DNA of 62,048 nt, filler included, from 3 parts of 3 records of this genome joined end to end with filler, not necessarily neighbours in it; one strand, 5' to 3'; shown: positions 39,520-49,925, counted from the whole stretch's first letter. Notes: generated by a model not told the origin, from the sequence alone. Numbers and translations: made by a program.

Positions 39520-41397
39520 TCAAGCCCGTTCGGCGCGATCCTGCAGCAGTTGATTCAAGCGCCGGGCGGTGGCCGCCGGATCCTTCGGCAACTGGCCTTC
39601 AGCCAGCAGCGCCTGATCCAGCAGCAGCTGAGCCAGTTCGGCAAAGGTATCGCCGTCCTCCAGCTCCGCCATGCGCTGCATCAGCGGATGGGACAGATTC
39701 ACCTCCAGGGTCGGCTTGCTCTCCGGCACCGGCTGGCCGGCGGCTTCCAGCATCATGCGCATCTGCGGGCCCAGCTCGTCGGCGCCGAGCACCAGACAGG
39801 CCGGGGATTCCACCAGCCGGGCGGTGGCGCGCACCGCTTCCACCTGCTCGTTGAGCACTTCGCCCAGACGGCCCAGCACCGGCGCATCCTGCCGCGGGTC
39901 TTCCGCCTTGTCGTCGTCATCGCCGGGCATGTCCAGCTCACCGCGCGCGGCGTTGACCAGGGTGTGCCCCTTGTACTCGGTGAGGAAGCCCATCATCCAT
40001 TCGTCCACCCGCTCGGCCAGCAGCAGCACCTCGACGCCTTTCTTGCGGAACACTTCCAGGTGCGGGCTGTTCTGCGCGGCGCTCAGGCTGTCGCCCAGCA
40101 GGTAGTAAATCCGCTTGTTCTCTTCGCCGGCACGTTCGATGTAGTCATCCAGCCCCACGCTCCCCGGCGTTGGCGAGGTGGAAGAAGCAAAGCGCAGCAA
40201 ACCGGCGATGGCTTCACGGTTATCGCCGTCCTCGCCGATCCCTTCCTTGAGCACCTGGCCGAATTGTTGCCAGAACGTGGCGTAGGCTTCCTGGTCACCG
40301 CTCAGCTTGCGCAGCATCTGCAGTACCCGCTTGGTCAGCGCCGCGCGGATCTTGCGCACCGGACCATAGTCCTGCAGCAATTCACGGCTGACATTCAACG
40401 GCAGGCCCGGCGCATCCACCACGCCTTTGATGAAACGCAGATACAGGGGCAGGAACTGTTCGGCGTCGTCCATGATGAACACGCGCTGAACATAGAGCTT
40501 GAGCCCCCGGCTGGCTTCCCGGTGGTACAGATCGAACGGCGCCCGCGGCGGTACGTACAACAGGCTGGTGTACTCCAGGTTGCCTTCCACCCGGTTGTGA
40601 CTCCAGGTCAGTGGATCCTGGAAGTCATGGCTGACGTGACGATAGAAGCTCTTGTATTCGTCGTCGTTGATCTCCTGGCGGGGGCGCTGCCACAGGGCGG
40701 TGGCGGAATTGAGGGTTTCCAGCTTGGTGGCGTCCTCCTCCTTCTCGTCACCGGACGGCACCGCCATGCGGATCGGGAAGGCCACGTGGTCGGAATACTG
40801 CCGTACTATGCCGCGCAACTTGCCGGTGTCGACGAAGTCCTTGGCGTCGTCACGCAAATGCAGGGTAATACGGGTGCCACGGCGCGGCACCGTCAGCGTT
40901 TCCACACTGAACTCGCCCTGACCGTCGCTTTCCCAGCGCACGCCCTGCTCCGCGCTCTCTCCGGCCCGGCGGCTTTCCACGGTGACCTTGTCGGCGACGA
41001 TGAATGCGGAATAGAAACCGACGCCGAACTGGCCGATCAGTTGCGCATCCTTCTTCTGATCACCGGTGAGACTGGCGAGGAATTTTTCAGTGCCGGAACG
41101 GGCGATGGTGCCCAGATTCTCCACCACTTCCTCGCGGCTCATGCCGATGCCGTTGTCACTGATGGTCAGGGTGCCGGCGTCGGCGTCCACCGCCAGATCG
41201 ATGGCCGGCTCCGGGTCTTCCTCCAACCACTCCGGGTGATCCAGCGCGGCGAAGCGCAGCTTGTCACAGGCGTCGGAGGCGTTGGATACCAGCTCACGCA
41301 GGAAAATTTCCCGGTTGCTGTACAGGGAATGGATCATCAGATGCAACAGGCGGGACACTTCCGCCTGAAAACCACGGGTCTCGCGGTCACTGCTCAT
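39520..41397 (-). CDS. htpG: Molecular chaperone HtpG (Hsp90)
   Basis: HSLYSNREIFLRELVSNASDA, IGQFGVGFYSAF, LPLNVSRE.LQ. Confidence 0.97.
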   Translation of the reverse strand: MSSDRETRGFQAEVSRLLHLMIHSLYSNREIFLRELVSNASDACDKLRFAALDHPEWLEEDPEPAIDLAVDADAGTLTISDNGIGMSREEVVENLGTIARSGTEKFLASLTGDQKKDAQLIGQFGVGFYSAFIVADKVTVESRRAGESAEQGVRWESDGQGEFSVETLTVPRRGTRITLHLRDDAKDFVDTGKLRGIVRQYSDHVAFPIRMAVPSGDEKEEDATKLETLNSATALWQRPRQEINDDEYKSFYRHVSHDFQDPLTWSHNRVEGNLEYTSLLYVPPRAPFDLYHREASRGLKLYVQRVFIMDDAEQFLPLYLRFIKGVVDAPGLPLNVSRELLQDYGPVRKIRAALTKRVLQMLRKLSGDQEAYATFWQQFGQVLKEGIGEDGDNREAIAGLLRFASSTSPTPGSVGLDDYIERAGEENKRIYYLLGDSLSAAQNSPHLEVFRKKGVEVLLLAERVDEWMMGFLTEYKGHTLVNAARGELDMPGDDDDKAEDPRQDAPVLGRLGEVLNEQVEAVRATARLVESPACLVLGADELGPQMRMMLEAAGQPVPESKPTLEVNLSHPLMQRMAELEDGDTFAELAQLLLDQALLAEGQLPKDPAATARRLNQLLQDRAERA

Positions 41398-41475
41398 CGA
41401 GGGGTCTCCGTTTTGTTGTCGGGTGCGGCTTTCGGATGGGAGAAAAATAGGGTTGGCGGCGGGAATTTCAAGGGG

Positions 41476-42375
41476 TCAAACCAGATCGGCCAGGGCCTGC
41501 TCCAGGTGCGGATAACGGAACACGAAGCCCTGCTCTTCCAGCCGGCGGGGATAAGCGCGCTGCCCACCGAGCATCAGCTGCGACATTTCGCCCAGTGCCA
41601 GTCTCAGCAGCGGCGCCGGCATTACCCAGGGCGCCGGCCGCCGCACCGCCCGGGCCAGGGTGTGATGAAATTCGCGCTGGGTCACCGGCCCCGGCGCGGT
41701 ACCGTTGAACACCCCCTCGACGCCGGGAGCGGTCAGCGCCCGGGTCAGAATCGCCACCAGATCATCCCGGTGGATCCAGCTCAACCACTGTTCACCGTTG
41801 CCGAGACGCATGCCCAGGCCGAACCGGTAAACGGGCAACAAGCTGGCCAGCATGCCACCGTTGGCGCCCAGCACCACACCGGTACGGATGATCGTCAACC
41901 GTACGCCCAGATTTGAGACTTCACGGGCGGCCTGCTCCCAGGCGTCGCAGAGCCGGTAACCGAAGTCCTTGCGCCGGGCCGGGCTGCGTTCGGTCAGCTC
42001 GGCGTCACCGGCATCGCCGTAGAAGCCCACCGCGGAGCCGCTCACCATCACCGCCGGCGGCTGCCGCAGACGGCGCATCAGCGCCACCAACTCGTGGGTA
42101 ACGCCGACCCGGGAATCCAGCAACCGCTGTTTGCGCGCCGCGCTCCAGCAGCGGCTGAACAGGCTTTCGCCGGCCAGATTGACCACCGCGTCCAGCGCTT
42201 CGTCATCGGCAATGTCATCGAATGAGGCGATTATCCGGGTGCCGGGCGGGCACGACGCCAGCGCCCGTTGCTGGCTCTGGCGACTGAGCACCACCAGCCG
42301 GTGACCGAGACTGTGCAGATGATGTCCCAGGGCGCCACCGATGAAACCGGTGCCGCCGGTCATCAGAATATTCAC
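41476..42375 (-). CDS. TIGR01777-type NAD-dependent epimerase (YfcH-like)
   Basis: TGGTGFIG, VNLAGE, SGSAVGFYG, G.GEQWLSWIH.DD. Confidence 0.9.
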   Translation of the reverse strand: MNILMTGGTGFIGGALGHHLHSLGHRLVVLSRQSQQRALASCPPGTRIIASFDDIADDEALDAVVNLAGESLFSRCWSAARKQRLLDSRVGVTHELVALMRRLRQPPAVMVSGSAVGFYGDAGDAELTERSPARRKDFGYRLCDAWEQAAREVSNLGVRLTIIRTGVVLGANGGMLASLLPVYRFGLGMRLGNGEQWLSWIHRDDLVAILTRALTAPGVEGVFNGTAPGPVTQREFHHTLARAVRRPAPWVMPAPLLRLALGEMSQLMLGGQRAYPRRLEEQGFVFRYPHLEQALADLV

Positions 42376-43901
42376 CGAACCGCCTCCATGGACACGATAT
42401 CGGGTAATGCATGGAAGTATTCCACTGTGCCGGCACCCACCGGCACAGTCAAAGTAATACGCCCGCCTTCCACCGCCTGCAAGCGCCCCTCCTGGGTTTT
42501 TCCATCCCCGGTGGTGACTCGCACCTGACGTCCCAGCAATGCCTGGTAAGGCGTCTCCGGCGCCACCGGGTCATCACCCGGCCGCGCTGGCGGCGGCGTA
42601 TCGGAAATGGTGGGCGTCGCCACTTGCCAGCGGCGGCCATCGCGGCTGCCCAGGCTGTCGATGTGGGCGCCGTCCACGGCGATCTCGGCGTTGCCCGCAC
42701 CCAGCGCCAGACGCAGCCAGAGCCGATCACTGGCGACCCGGGTCAGCACACCGGTGCGCTCGCGGCCACTGCTTTCGCGTACCGTCAGCTCGGTGCCGGT
42801 CAGCGGCGCCAGGGCCAACAAGTCGGTCAGCGGCTCCGAGGTGGCCGGCCCCCTTGGTTTTACCGGCTCCGGCTGAACCGGCGGCTCCGGCAACGGCTGG
42901 CGGCCACCGGTCATGGAACCCGGCGTCACCGCCCACCCCACCGGAGTCTTCTCCAGGCCCAGCTGACGCCGTTCACTGGCGCCATCGGAGCGGGTCAGGC
43001 GCACCTCCACCCGGCCCTCGCCGGCGGCACGGCGCAGGATCACGTTTTCCACGTCCACGTTTTGCAGTACCCCGGCGGGAAACTGGGTCTGCAAATACTG
43101 CTCCGCCACCCAGGCCAGGGTGTCCGGGTGATCGAAAGCGGCATCCACCTTGCCGTTCCGGTAGCGCAAGTGATTGGTGCGGGCGGTGAAGTCCCCCACC
43201 AGATAGCTGTTTTTCTCATCCGGCAGGACCAGTTGTATGGTGCCGCTGAAACCGCCGGGATCCCGTGGCGCCAGTGCCAGATCAAGACGGTAGCCGTTAC
43301 TTATGATGCGCGTTTCCGGATATTGCTGGCCGGCGGGAGTCCAGGAAAGATGCACTTCCGGTGCCTGCTCCTCCCAGGGAGACACCAGCAAGGTGCGGCG
43401 TTCGCGGATGGCCTCCGCCGACCAGTTCAACAACAGGCTGACGGACAGTTCCGGTAATACACCGTTTCCCTGGTGCACTGTCAGCACACCATTGACGAGA
43501 GTCGCCTGGGGGGTTGTCAGATCGGTACCGTGCAGCCGGCCGCTAAGCGGATGCCCCTCGCCACGGGCCATCAGCAGGGCCGCTTCCGAGGAGCGCACGA
43601 AGGGGCTGCTGGTGATGTTGGCGGCGCCGCTCACCACCTGACCGGGCATCGAGGGAATCGTTGCGTTCTCGCGGTAGTCCACGTACATCAGTCCCAGGCC
43701 CGCCAGGGTGATCGCCAGCCCCGCGACCCGCAACAAAGCAAGCCGGCCGTAGGCCTCCCAGTTCTCCTGCACCTGCTGCAGACCCGCCACTGGCAATATG
43801 AACAGGACCAGGCTGTGACCACGCCAGGCCGCCTGCCTGATCAGCCCCACCGTGGCCATGACCGCCATGCTGACGCCCACTACCACCAGCCAATCCGCCA
43901 T
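42372..43901 (-). CDS. Hypothetical membrane-anchored protein
   Basis: 509-aa ORF with N-terminal TM helices, beta-rich middle, Pro-rich linkers and two small similar C-terminal modules. Confidence 0.75.
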   Translation of the reverse strand: MADWLVVVGVSMAVMATVGLIRQAAWRGHSLVLFILPVAGLQQVQENWEAYGRLALLRVAGLAITLAGLGLMYVDYRENATIPSMPGQVVSGAANITSSPFVRSSEAALLMARGEGHPLSGRLHGTDLTTPQATLVNGVLTVHQGNGVLPELSVSLLLNWSAEAIRERRTLLVSPWEEQAPEVHLSWTPAGQQYPETRIISNGYRLDLALAPRDPGGFSGTIQLVLPDEKNSYLVGDFTARTNHLRYRNGKVDAAFDHPDTLAWVAEQYLQTQFPAGVLQNVDVENVILRRAAGEGRVEVRLTRSDGASERRQLGLEKTPVGWAVTPGSMTGGRQPLPEPPVQPEPVKPRGPATSEPLTDLLALAPLTGTELTVRESSGRERTGVLTRVASDRLWLRLALGAGNAEIAVDGAHIDSLGSRDGRRWQVATPTISDTPPPARPGDDPVAPETPYQALLGRQVRVTTGDGKTQEGRLQAVEGGRITLTVPVGAGTVEYFHALPDIVSMEAVR

Positions 43902-44053
43902 TGTCTCTTATCTCCCCAATCCCGGGTCCATGCCGCTCGCGGCCGCCCAAAAGGGCAGCTTACAAAGCCTCTGCGGAGCCCGCCAGCGTTTCCCCCGCCA
44001 TACCGGGGTGGAGATTCCGGGCTTATGACCACGGTCACATAGCGCCGGCACCA

Positions 44054-44127
44054 GAAGGCCTCCGTACAGACCCGCCTCAGTGCCTCCCTCCATCAGGGAC
44101 AGCGGAAGGCCTCCGTGCAGACCCGCC
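44054..44127. repeat. Pair of 23-bp direct repeats, 28-bp spacer
   Basis: gaaggcctccgtRcagacccgcc at 44054-44076 and 44105-44127; degenerate third copy near 43963-43984. Confidence 0.75.
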
Positions 44128-44300
44128 CCCCGATGGAGAGACCCATCCTCGGTTGATCCGCGATGAACAAAAAAAATACTTGTATCGGGGAAAAACAGAA
44201 GTTATATAGGCGCTGAGGTAGTCGGGTTGGGAGTTTCGTTCGCGGAGTCCCCCTTGGCACCCGGTTGTTTACGGCGCTTTCGTTACCGAAAGGAGGCCCC

Positions 44301-44540
44301 ATGAGTAACCGCCGCGCTGACCGTGACTATGAATCGGAAGATCTGCTGATGAATGATGATTTTGACCTTGTCGATGACGACAACGATGAGGAACTCCAGG
44401 AGGAACGCAGCGCCCGCGCTCGCAGTTTCAACATGGACATGCGTCATCGTATCGAGGATCGGCTGGAGGAGCGCCGTCTGAAACGGGAACTTAGCGAGTA
44501 CGAGTTCCTTGATTTTGAAGACGACGATACTCTGCACTGA
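44301..44540 (+). CDS. Small acidic protein, PA3496-like family
   Basis: Strong RBS aaggagg; R.RIEDRLEERRLKREL motif. Confidence 0.78.
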   Translation: MSNRRADRDYESEDLLMNDDFDLVDDDNDEELQEERSARARSFNMDMRHRIEDRLEERRLKRELSEYEFLDFEDDDTLH

Positions 44541-44547
44541 ACCTCAC

Positions 44548-44606
44548 CGGCCTCCGTCACCCTTCGGGGCTGACGGAGCCCGCCGGTATCTTTTTATTCT
44601 TTTTTC
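44548..44606 (+). terminator. Intrinsic terminator
   Basis: ctccgtca-cccttcggggc-tgacggag stem followed by T-rich tract. Confidence 0.7.
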
Positions 44607-44628
44607 AAAAAAAACGGGAAAACGTCAC

Positions 44629-45036
44629 CTAGAAGCGTTCATTGTTCGCTTTGCCGAGGTTATTGATTTTGCTTTTCCTCAGTGCCTTGAGTAACAGGTT
44701 ACGCAGGGCGCGCAACATCGGATACAGCACGGACGCGACCCTGGGCGAACGGAACATCCAGTAATTCAGGCGGTTGAACACCCCGGAACGGCTGCCCATC
44801 AATGCCAGCGAGTGGATGGCGTCGGCACCGTAATAGAGTTGATCCCCGACCTTCAACACCATGCCCTGATCAATGTCCCAGCCACGGGCCGTAATCTCGC
44901 GCAGGATATCAGTGTCCTCACGCGCATCGACCAGCTGCGGGGGGCCTACCGCATCACGCAGGCGAACCCAGCGGCAATAGTTGTCGCAGGCGGGGCATTG
45001 TTTGTCATAGACCAATACGATGTTCGACTCTGCCAA
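44629..45036 (-). CDS. DCC1-like thiol-disulfide oxidoreductase (DUF393)
   Basis: LVYDKQCPAC (DxxCxxC), DIDQGMVL, YYGADAI; TTG start at 45036 with GGGAG RBS. Confidence 0.85.
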   Translation of the reverse strand: MAESNIVLVYDKQCPACDNYCRWVRLRDAVGPPQLVDAREDTDILREITARGWDIDQGMVLKVGDQLYYGADAIHSLALMGSRSGVFNRLNYWMFRSPRVASVLYPMLRALRNLLLKALRKSKINNLGKANNERF

Positions 45037-45214
45037 GCAATACTCCCGATGCCAATGTCCCTTTACCCTCGACTCTCGACCACGGAGGCTGCAACCCACC
45101 GTGGTACACGACGTTGACTGGAACTCACCGCAACCGTGGCTGTGTTGCCATTTTCATACCCCCCGGGTTTAATATCATTAAAACAATAAGGCAATCGCTT
45201 TCACGGGGGTACTA

Positions 45215-45778
45215 ATGCGCTTGTTACTCATTACTTTTCTTTTTCTCTCCACCTATGGCTGCGCTTCCCATTATTCGGTAGAGCCAGCGCTTCCCCCATC
45301 TTCAACTCCGGTGTTCGCTCCCGTCACGGCCTACATTGATGATGGAACACAAGGCAGCGGAAACGCTTACCCTTATGATGTCGAGATCTACAAGACCCTG
45401 GTCGCATCCGGCATGTTCAGCTCTCTTTCAAGCCTTGGCCCGGAAAATCAACTTATTATCAACTTTGACACGCACAACAATGAGGGACTGGCGGCCGTGT
45501 TCGTATCCGCGGCTCTCCTCTTTCTACTCCCGATCAAACACGACTTTGACTACACCCTTGTCGCAGAAGCACGGGTACACGGCACGACCGTTCGCCAGTA
45601 TCACTACCGTGTGAATGAACAGGCCTTCAAGGCACCTTTGCTGGACCCCGGTATGAGAAGTTCCCGTGAGGCCATAGCTATTCTGATGTCTCACTTTCTC
45701 AAGGATCTGGCAGACCAGCCACCTTTTCCCGAAATGTCATCGCCGATGCCCTCAAACCAAACACCAATCACGCTCTAA
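45215..45778 (+). CDS. Putative lipoprotein
   Basis: Signal peptide ending TYGC; visibly lower GC than flanking genes. Confidence 0.65.
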   Translation: MRLLLITFLFLSTYGCASHYSVEPALPPSSTPVFAPVTAYIDDGTQGSGNAYPYDVEIYKTLVASGMFSSLSSLGPENQLIINFDTHNNEGLAAVFVSAALLFLLPIKHDFDYTLVAEARVHGTTVRQYHYRVNEQAFKAPLLDPGMRSSREAIAILMSHFLKDLADQPPFPEMSSPMPSNQTPITL

Positions 45779-45867
45779 GACCATTTCAGACAGCAGCCCA
45801 ATAATACCATCTCTACTTCGAGCGCCCCTGTTTTCCGCGCTTACTTCTCTCTTTGATCCAATATTCG

Positions 45868-46431
45868 CTAGCGCCGGCGCCAGTATTCAGCGGACAGCCG
45901 GTAAAGACAGTGCTCCCGTATTGGCATGCCTTCCGGCACGCTGGGATGGTCAAAGGTTTCCTCCTGCCGCTCCATGCCCAGCCGCTCCATCACCGCCTGG
46001 GAGCGATAATTCAGCACACTGGTGAAGGCAACGATTTCCTCCAGTTCCAGGTTGTCAAAACCAAACTCGAGCACCGCTCTGGCGGCTTCCGTGGCATAGC
46101 CATTGCCCCAGGCATCGCGGCGCAAACGCCAGCCGATTTCCACACACGGCTGGAATGGCAGCATGACGTTGGGAATATTGAGGCCAACAAAGCCCAGAAA
46201 CCGCTTCTGTTGCTGTTGCTCCAGCGCCCAGAAGCCCCAGCCGCGTTCGGCGATCAATGCCTCGCAATGATCCGCCATGGCCTGGCTCTGCGCCTCGTTC
46301 ATGGTCTCGGGGAAGAATTGCATCACTTCCGGGTCCGCGTTCATAGCCGCGAACGGAGCACGATCCGCGGGCCGCCACTGGCGCAAACGCAGACGCTCGG
46401 TGTTCAGTTCGGCAACCGGTTGTTTCATCAC
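45868..46431 (-). CDS. GNAT (RimJ/RimL-type) N-acetyltransferase
   Basis: TERLRLR, VEIGWRL...WGNGYATEAA, N.RSQAVMERLGM. Confidence 0.92.
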   Translation of the reverse strand: MMKQPVAELNTERLRLRQWRPADRAPFAAMNADPEVMQFFPETMNEAQSQAMADHCEALIAERGWGFWALEQQQQKRFLGFVGLNIPNVMLPFQPCVEIGWRLRRDAWGNGYATEAARAVLEFGFDNLELEEIVAFTSVLNYRSQAVMERLGMERQEETFDHPSVPEGMPIREHCLYRLSAEYWRRR

Positions 46432-46454
46432 TCCCTCCGAGGCAATAGTCTCTC

Positions 46455-46619
46455 TCAGGCGTTTCCAGCCTTGAAAAAAATGCGCGGCCGGGATCCCCGG
46501 CGACGCTGATAAAACGGCTCCACCTGCTCCACGAAATAGCGGCTGAGCCGTTCGTCATTCTCCGCGATCCGGTACAGATCCACCGCCTTCCGTATGTCAT
46601 GCCGACCTGTCAAGGACAT
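46455..46619 (-). pseudogene. 54-aa small ORF or C-terminal gene remnant
   Basis: MSLTGRHDIRKAVDLYRIAENDERLSRYFVEQVEPFYQRRRGSRPRIFFKAGNA; coding-like codon usage; below the ORF-track cutoff. Confidence 0.4.
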
Positions 46620-46640
46620 TAGGGCCGGACCGGAACGAAT

Positions 46641-47426
46641 TCAGGCTTTCCCTGAACCGGGGAAAGCAATGATGTTGTTGGGGAACTCACGGGAGGCCAC
46701 CTCACCGGCGAAGTCCTCCGCCACCTGCAAAATGGTGCGGCTGACGTGAGCGTACTGCTTGGAGAACGGCGGCCAGTAATCGCCCAGCCCCAGGGCATCA
46801 TTGATCACCAGCACCTGGCCGTCGCAGTCCGGACCGGCACCGATACCGATGGTGGGAATCCCCAGGGTGTCGGTGAGCGTCGCGCCCAGATCGTAGGGAA
46901 TGTGTTCCAGCACGATCATGAAGGCACCCGCCTCCTGGATGGCGATGGCATCCTCCAGCACCTGCCTGGCTTCCTGTTCCGTGCGTCCCACCTTGGTGAA
47001 GCTCTTGGCGGTTTGCGGAGTCAGGCCGGTGTGTCCGACCACCGCGATACCGTTGTCCACCAGATGCCGGATCACCTCGGTCTTGGCGCCCTCCAGTTTT
47101 ACGCTGTCCGCGCCGGCGGCGATCAGGCGGCGGGCGTTCCACAGCGCGGTGTCCGGATCCTTGTCGGTCAGGTAGGGCAAGTCACCGATGATGTGGGTTT
47201 CCGGCGCGCCACGGCGTACGGCACCGACGTGATAGGTCATGTGGTCGATGGTCACGTCACGGGTGCTCTCGAAGCCCATCTCCACCATGCCCACGGTATC
47301 CCCCACCAGGATCGCCGGAATCGATGCCCGTTCCACCGCCCGGGCCACCGGGCAGGTATAGGCGGTCAACATGGCGATGGGCGTCCGCCCTTTCATTTCC
47401 ATCAAAGCCTGTGCGTGCTTTTTCAT
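46641..47426 (-). CDS. panB: 3-methyl-2-oxobutanoate hydroxymethyltransferase
   Basis: MLTAY, LVGDT, VKLEG, GHTGLTPQ, IPTIGIGAG..CDGQVLV..D.LG; start ATG 47426. Confidence 0.9.
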   Translation of the reverse strand: MKKHAQALMEMKGRTPIAMLTAYTCPVARAVERASIPAILVGDTVGMVEMGFESTRDVTIDHMTYHVGAVRRGAPETHIIGDLPYLTDKDPDTALWNARRLIAAGADSVKLEGAKTEVIRHLVDNGIAVVGHTGLTPQTAKSFTKVGRTEQEARQVLEDAIAIQEAGAFMIVLEHIPYDLGATLTDTLGIPTIGIGAGPDCDGQVLVINDALGLGDYWPPFSKQYAHVSRTILQVAEDFAGEVASREFPNNIIAFPGSGKA

Positions 47427-47651
47427 CACAAACCACTCCTCCTGAAAACCGGAGCTTGAGCTAATCATGTTCCGCCGCGACAGACAATACGGGTGCGCCA
47501 CCGCCCGTTGAAAAGCATGGAGACAGCCTTATCGCCCTATCTTCACGACGCCGATATCGTGCAAAATGCTTGCACGATGGCGGCTGATTCCCCAGCGCGG
47601 CCAGCAATTCCGCGATGGCCACGCCGTCGTCATGAGTTGGAGAAAAACAAT

Positions 47652-48923
47652 ATGTTCGATCTGGTGACACCGGAGCTGGTGGGAATCTCAAGCAATCGAT
47701 TGGAGCGCGTGGCCGACTGGATGCGGACGCTGGTGGCATCGCGGCGGCTGGCCGGTATCAGCGTACTGGTTTACCGGCGCGGGCACTGCGCCTGGTTTGG
47801 CGGTGCAGGCCACCTGAAAACGGATCAGCAGCAAAAGATCGCCGAAGATACCCTCTTTCGTATCTACTCGATGACCAAGCCGATCACCAGCGTCGCCGCC
47901 ATGATGCTCTACGAGCAGGGCCTGTTTCAGCTCGATGATCCGATAGCAAAATTTTTGCCTGAGTTCACCGACATGCAGGTCTGTGTGGGCGGGGACGAGG
48001 AGAATCCCAAGCTGGAACCGGCGCGCAGCCTGATCACCATGCGGCAACTGCTGACACACACTTCCGGGCTGGCCTACGATTTCACCAGCATTCCACCGGT
48101 GGATGCCCTGTATCGCAAGCACGGCATCAACTTCAGCCGACATCACGGTTCACTGGCGGAAATGACCCGGCAGGCGGCACGAATGCCGCTGCTTTTCCAT
48201 CCCGGCACGAAGTGGAACTACAGCATCTCCACGGATGTGCTGGGGCGGGTGGTGGAGGTGATTTCCGGACAATCACTGGATCGCTATTTCGAGGAACATA
48301 TCTTTGCTCCTCTGGGCATGAACGATACCGCCTTCTGGGTCGCCGAAGATAAATTGCACCGGCTGGCGGAGATGTACACCCTGGCCGGCGCCACGCCGCC
48401 ACGCATCAAGGGCGAGCCCACCGAAGTCACCCCTGACCCGCGGGGCACGCTGGAAGTCAGTGGTGCGTCCGGTGGCCGGCAATTCACTCAGCCACCCAAA
48501 ATTTTCTCCGGCGGCGGTGGTCTGACCTCCACCACCGGCGACTACCTGCGTTTCGCTCTGATGCTACGCAATGGTGGCAACTTCAACGGAGCACGCCTGC
48601 TGGGCCGCAAGACCGTGGAATTGATGCACAGCAATCACCTGCCCGGCTCGATGGCCGACATGGGCGAGCCCCGTTTCAACAATACTCACATGGGGGCCGG
48701 GTTGGGATTCGGTCTGGGTTTTGGCGTGGTACTCAATCCGGCCTTGGCTCAAACCATGGGTTCGGTGGGCGAGTATTTCTGGACCGGCATGGCGAATACC
48801 CAGTTCTGGATCGACCCCAGTGAAGATCTGATCGTCATCCAGATGGCCCAGATGATGCCGTCCACGCTGGTACCGATCCGGCAAACCCTGCGCTCACTGG
48901 TCTATCAGGCGCTGATTGACTGA
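47652..48923 (+). CDS. Serine hydrolase, beta-lactamase-related (EstB-like)
   Basis: YSMTK (SxxK), LLTHTSGL, WNYS, PLGM.DT, GGGGL.ST; no signal peptide. Confidence 0.9.
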   Translation: MFDLVTPELVGISSNRLERVADWMRTLVASRRLAGISVLVYRRGHCAWFGGAGHLKTDQQQKIAEDTLFRIYSMTKPITSVAAMMLYEQGLFQLDDPIAKFLPEFTDMQVCVGGDEENPKLEPARSLITMRQLLTHTSGLAYDFTSIPPVDALYRKHGINFSRHHGSLAEMTRQAARMPLLFHPGTKWNYSISTDVLGRVVEVISGQSLDRYFEEHIFAPLGMNDTAFWVAEDKLHRLAEMYTLAGATPPRIKGEPTEVTPDPRGTLEVSGASGGRQFTQPPKIFSGGGGLTSTTGDYLRFALMLRNGGNFNGARLLGRKTVELMHSNHLPGSMADMGEPRFNNTHMGAGLGFGLGFGVVLNPALAQTMGSVGEYFWTGMANTQFWIDPSEDLIVIQMAQMMPSTLVPIRQTLRSLVYQALID

Positions 48924-48934
48924 ACCCCAAAAAG

Positions 48935-49004
48935 CATCGCGGCCCGTGGGCCGCTCCCGCGAGAGGCCGAAACCTCCTGCGGGAGCGGCCCACGGGCCGC
49001 GATG
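48935..49004. repeat. REP doublet, perfect 26-bp inverted repeat
   Basis: catcgcggcccgtgggccgctcccgc (48935-48960) / gcgggagcggcccacgggccgcgatg (48979-49004). Confidence 0.85.
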
Positions 49005-49049
49005 ACATTGGCGCTGGCGGCCGGACTCAAGGTCCGGCACCACCTGGCC

Positions 49050-49925
49050 TTACCAGCCAGTGGCTTTCTTCACGCCTTCGCCGATTTCCGCCGGGTTGCG
49101 CACGGTGACGACACCGGCGGCTTCCAGGGCAGCGAATTTTTCGTCCGCGGTGCCCTTGCCACCAGCGATGATCGCACCGGCGTGCCCCATGCGCTTGCCC
49201 GGAGGCGCGGTGACACCGGCGATGTAGCTGACCACCGGCTTGGTCACGTGCTCCTTGATGTAGGCAGCGGCTTCATCTTCCGCGGTACCGCCGATCTCAC
49301 CCACCATGACGATGGCTTCGGTCTGCGGATCGTTCTGGAACATTTCCAGCGCATCGATGAAGGTGGTGCCCGGAATCGGATCACCACCAATACCGATACA
49401 GGTGGACTGACCGTAACCCAGCTTGGTGGTCTGGTTGACCGCTTCGTAGGTCAGGGTACCGGAACGGGAGACGATGCCCACTTTACCCGGCTTGTGAATG
49501 TGACCGGGCATGATACCGATCTTGCACTCGCCCGGAGTGATCACGCCGGGGCAGTTCGGGCCGATCAGACGCACACCGCCCTTGCGGGTGATGTATTCCT
49601 TCACGTACAGCATATCGAGAGCCGGAATGCCCTCGGTGATGCAGACGATCAGCTCGATACCCGCGTCGGCCGCTTCCAGAATGGAGTCCTTGCAGAACGG
49701 TGCCGGTACGTAGATCACGGAGGCGGTGGCGCCGGTTTCCTTGACCGCGTCGGCCACGGTGTTGAAGACCGGCAGGCCCAGATGGGTCTGACCGCCCTTG
49801 CCCGGGGTCACGCCGCCGACCATCTGGGTACCGTACTCGATCGCCTGCTCGGAGTGGAAGGTGCCCTGACTGCCGGTGAAACCCTGGCAGATCACTTTGG
49901 TGTTCTTGTCGATCAATACGCTCAT
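49050..49925 (-). CDS. sucD: Succinyl-CoA synthetase alpha subunit
   Basis: [27 protein letters not shown]. Confidence 0.97.
   Translation of the reverse strand: MSVLIDKNTKVICQGFTGSQGTFHSEQAIEYGTQMVGGVTPGKGGQTHLGLPVFNTVADAVKETGATASVIYVPAPFCKDSILEAADAGIELIVCITEGIPALDMLYVKEYITRKGGVRLIGPNCPGVITPGECKIGIMPGHIHKPGKVGIVSRSGTLTYEAVNQTTKLGYGQSTCIGIGGDPIPGTTFIDALEMFQNDPQTEAIVMVGEIGGTAEDEAAAYIKEHVTKPVVSYIAGVTAPPGKRMGHAGAIIAGGKGTADEKFAALEAAGVVTVRNPAEIGEGVKKATGW

Noticed and set aside
39337-41916. 859-aa plus-strand ORF
   Set aside because: Antisense shadow of htpG and its neighbours.
44054-44127. Possible mini CRISPR array
   Set aside because: Only two good repeats, irregular spacing to the third, and no cas genes or leader.
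47652-48923. Beta-lactam resistance gene
   Set aside because: SxxK fold only; no signal peptide, and motifs fit family VIII esterases.
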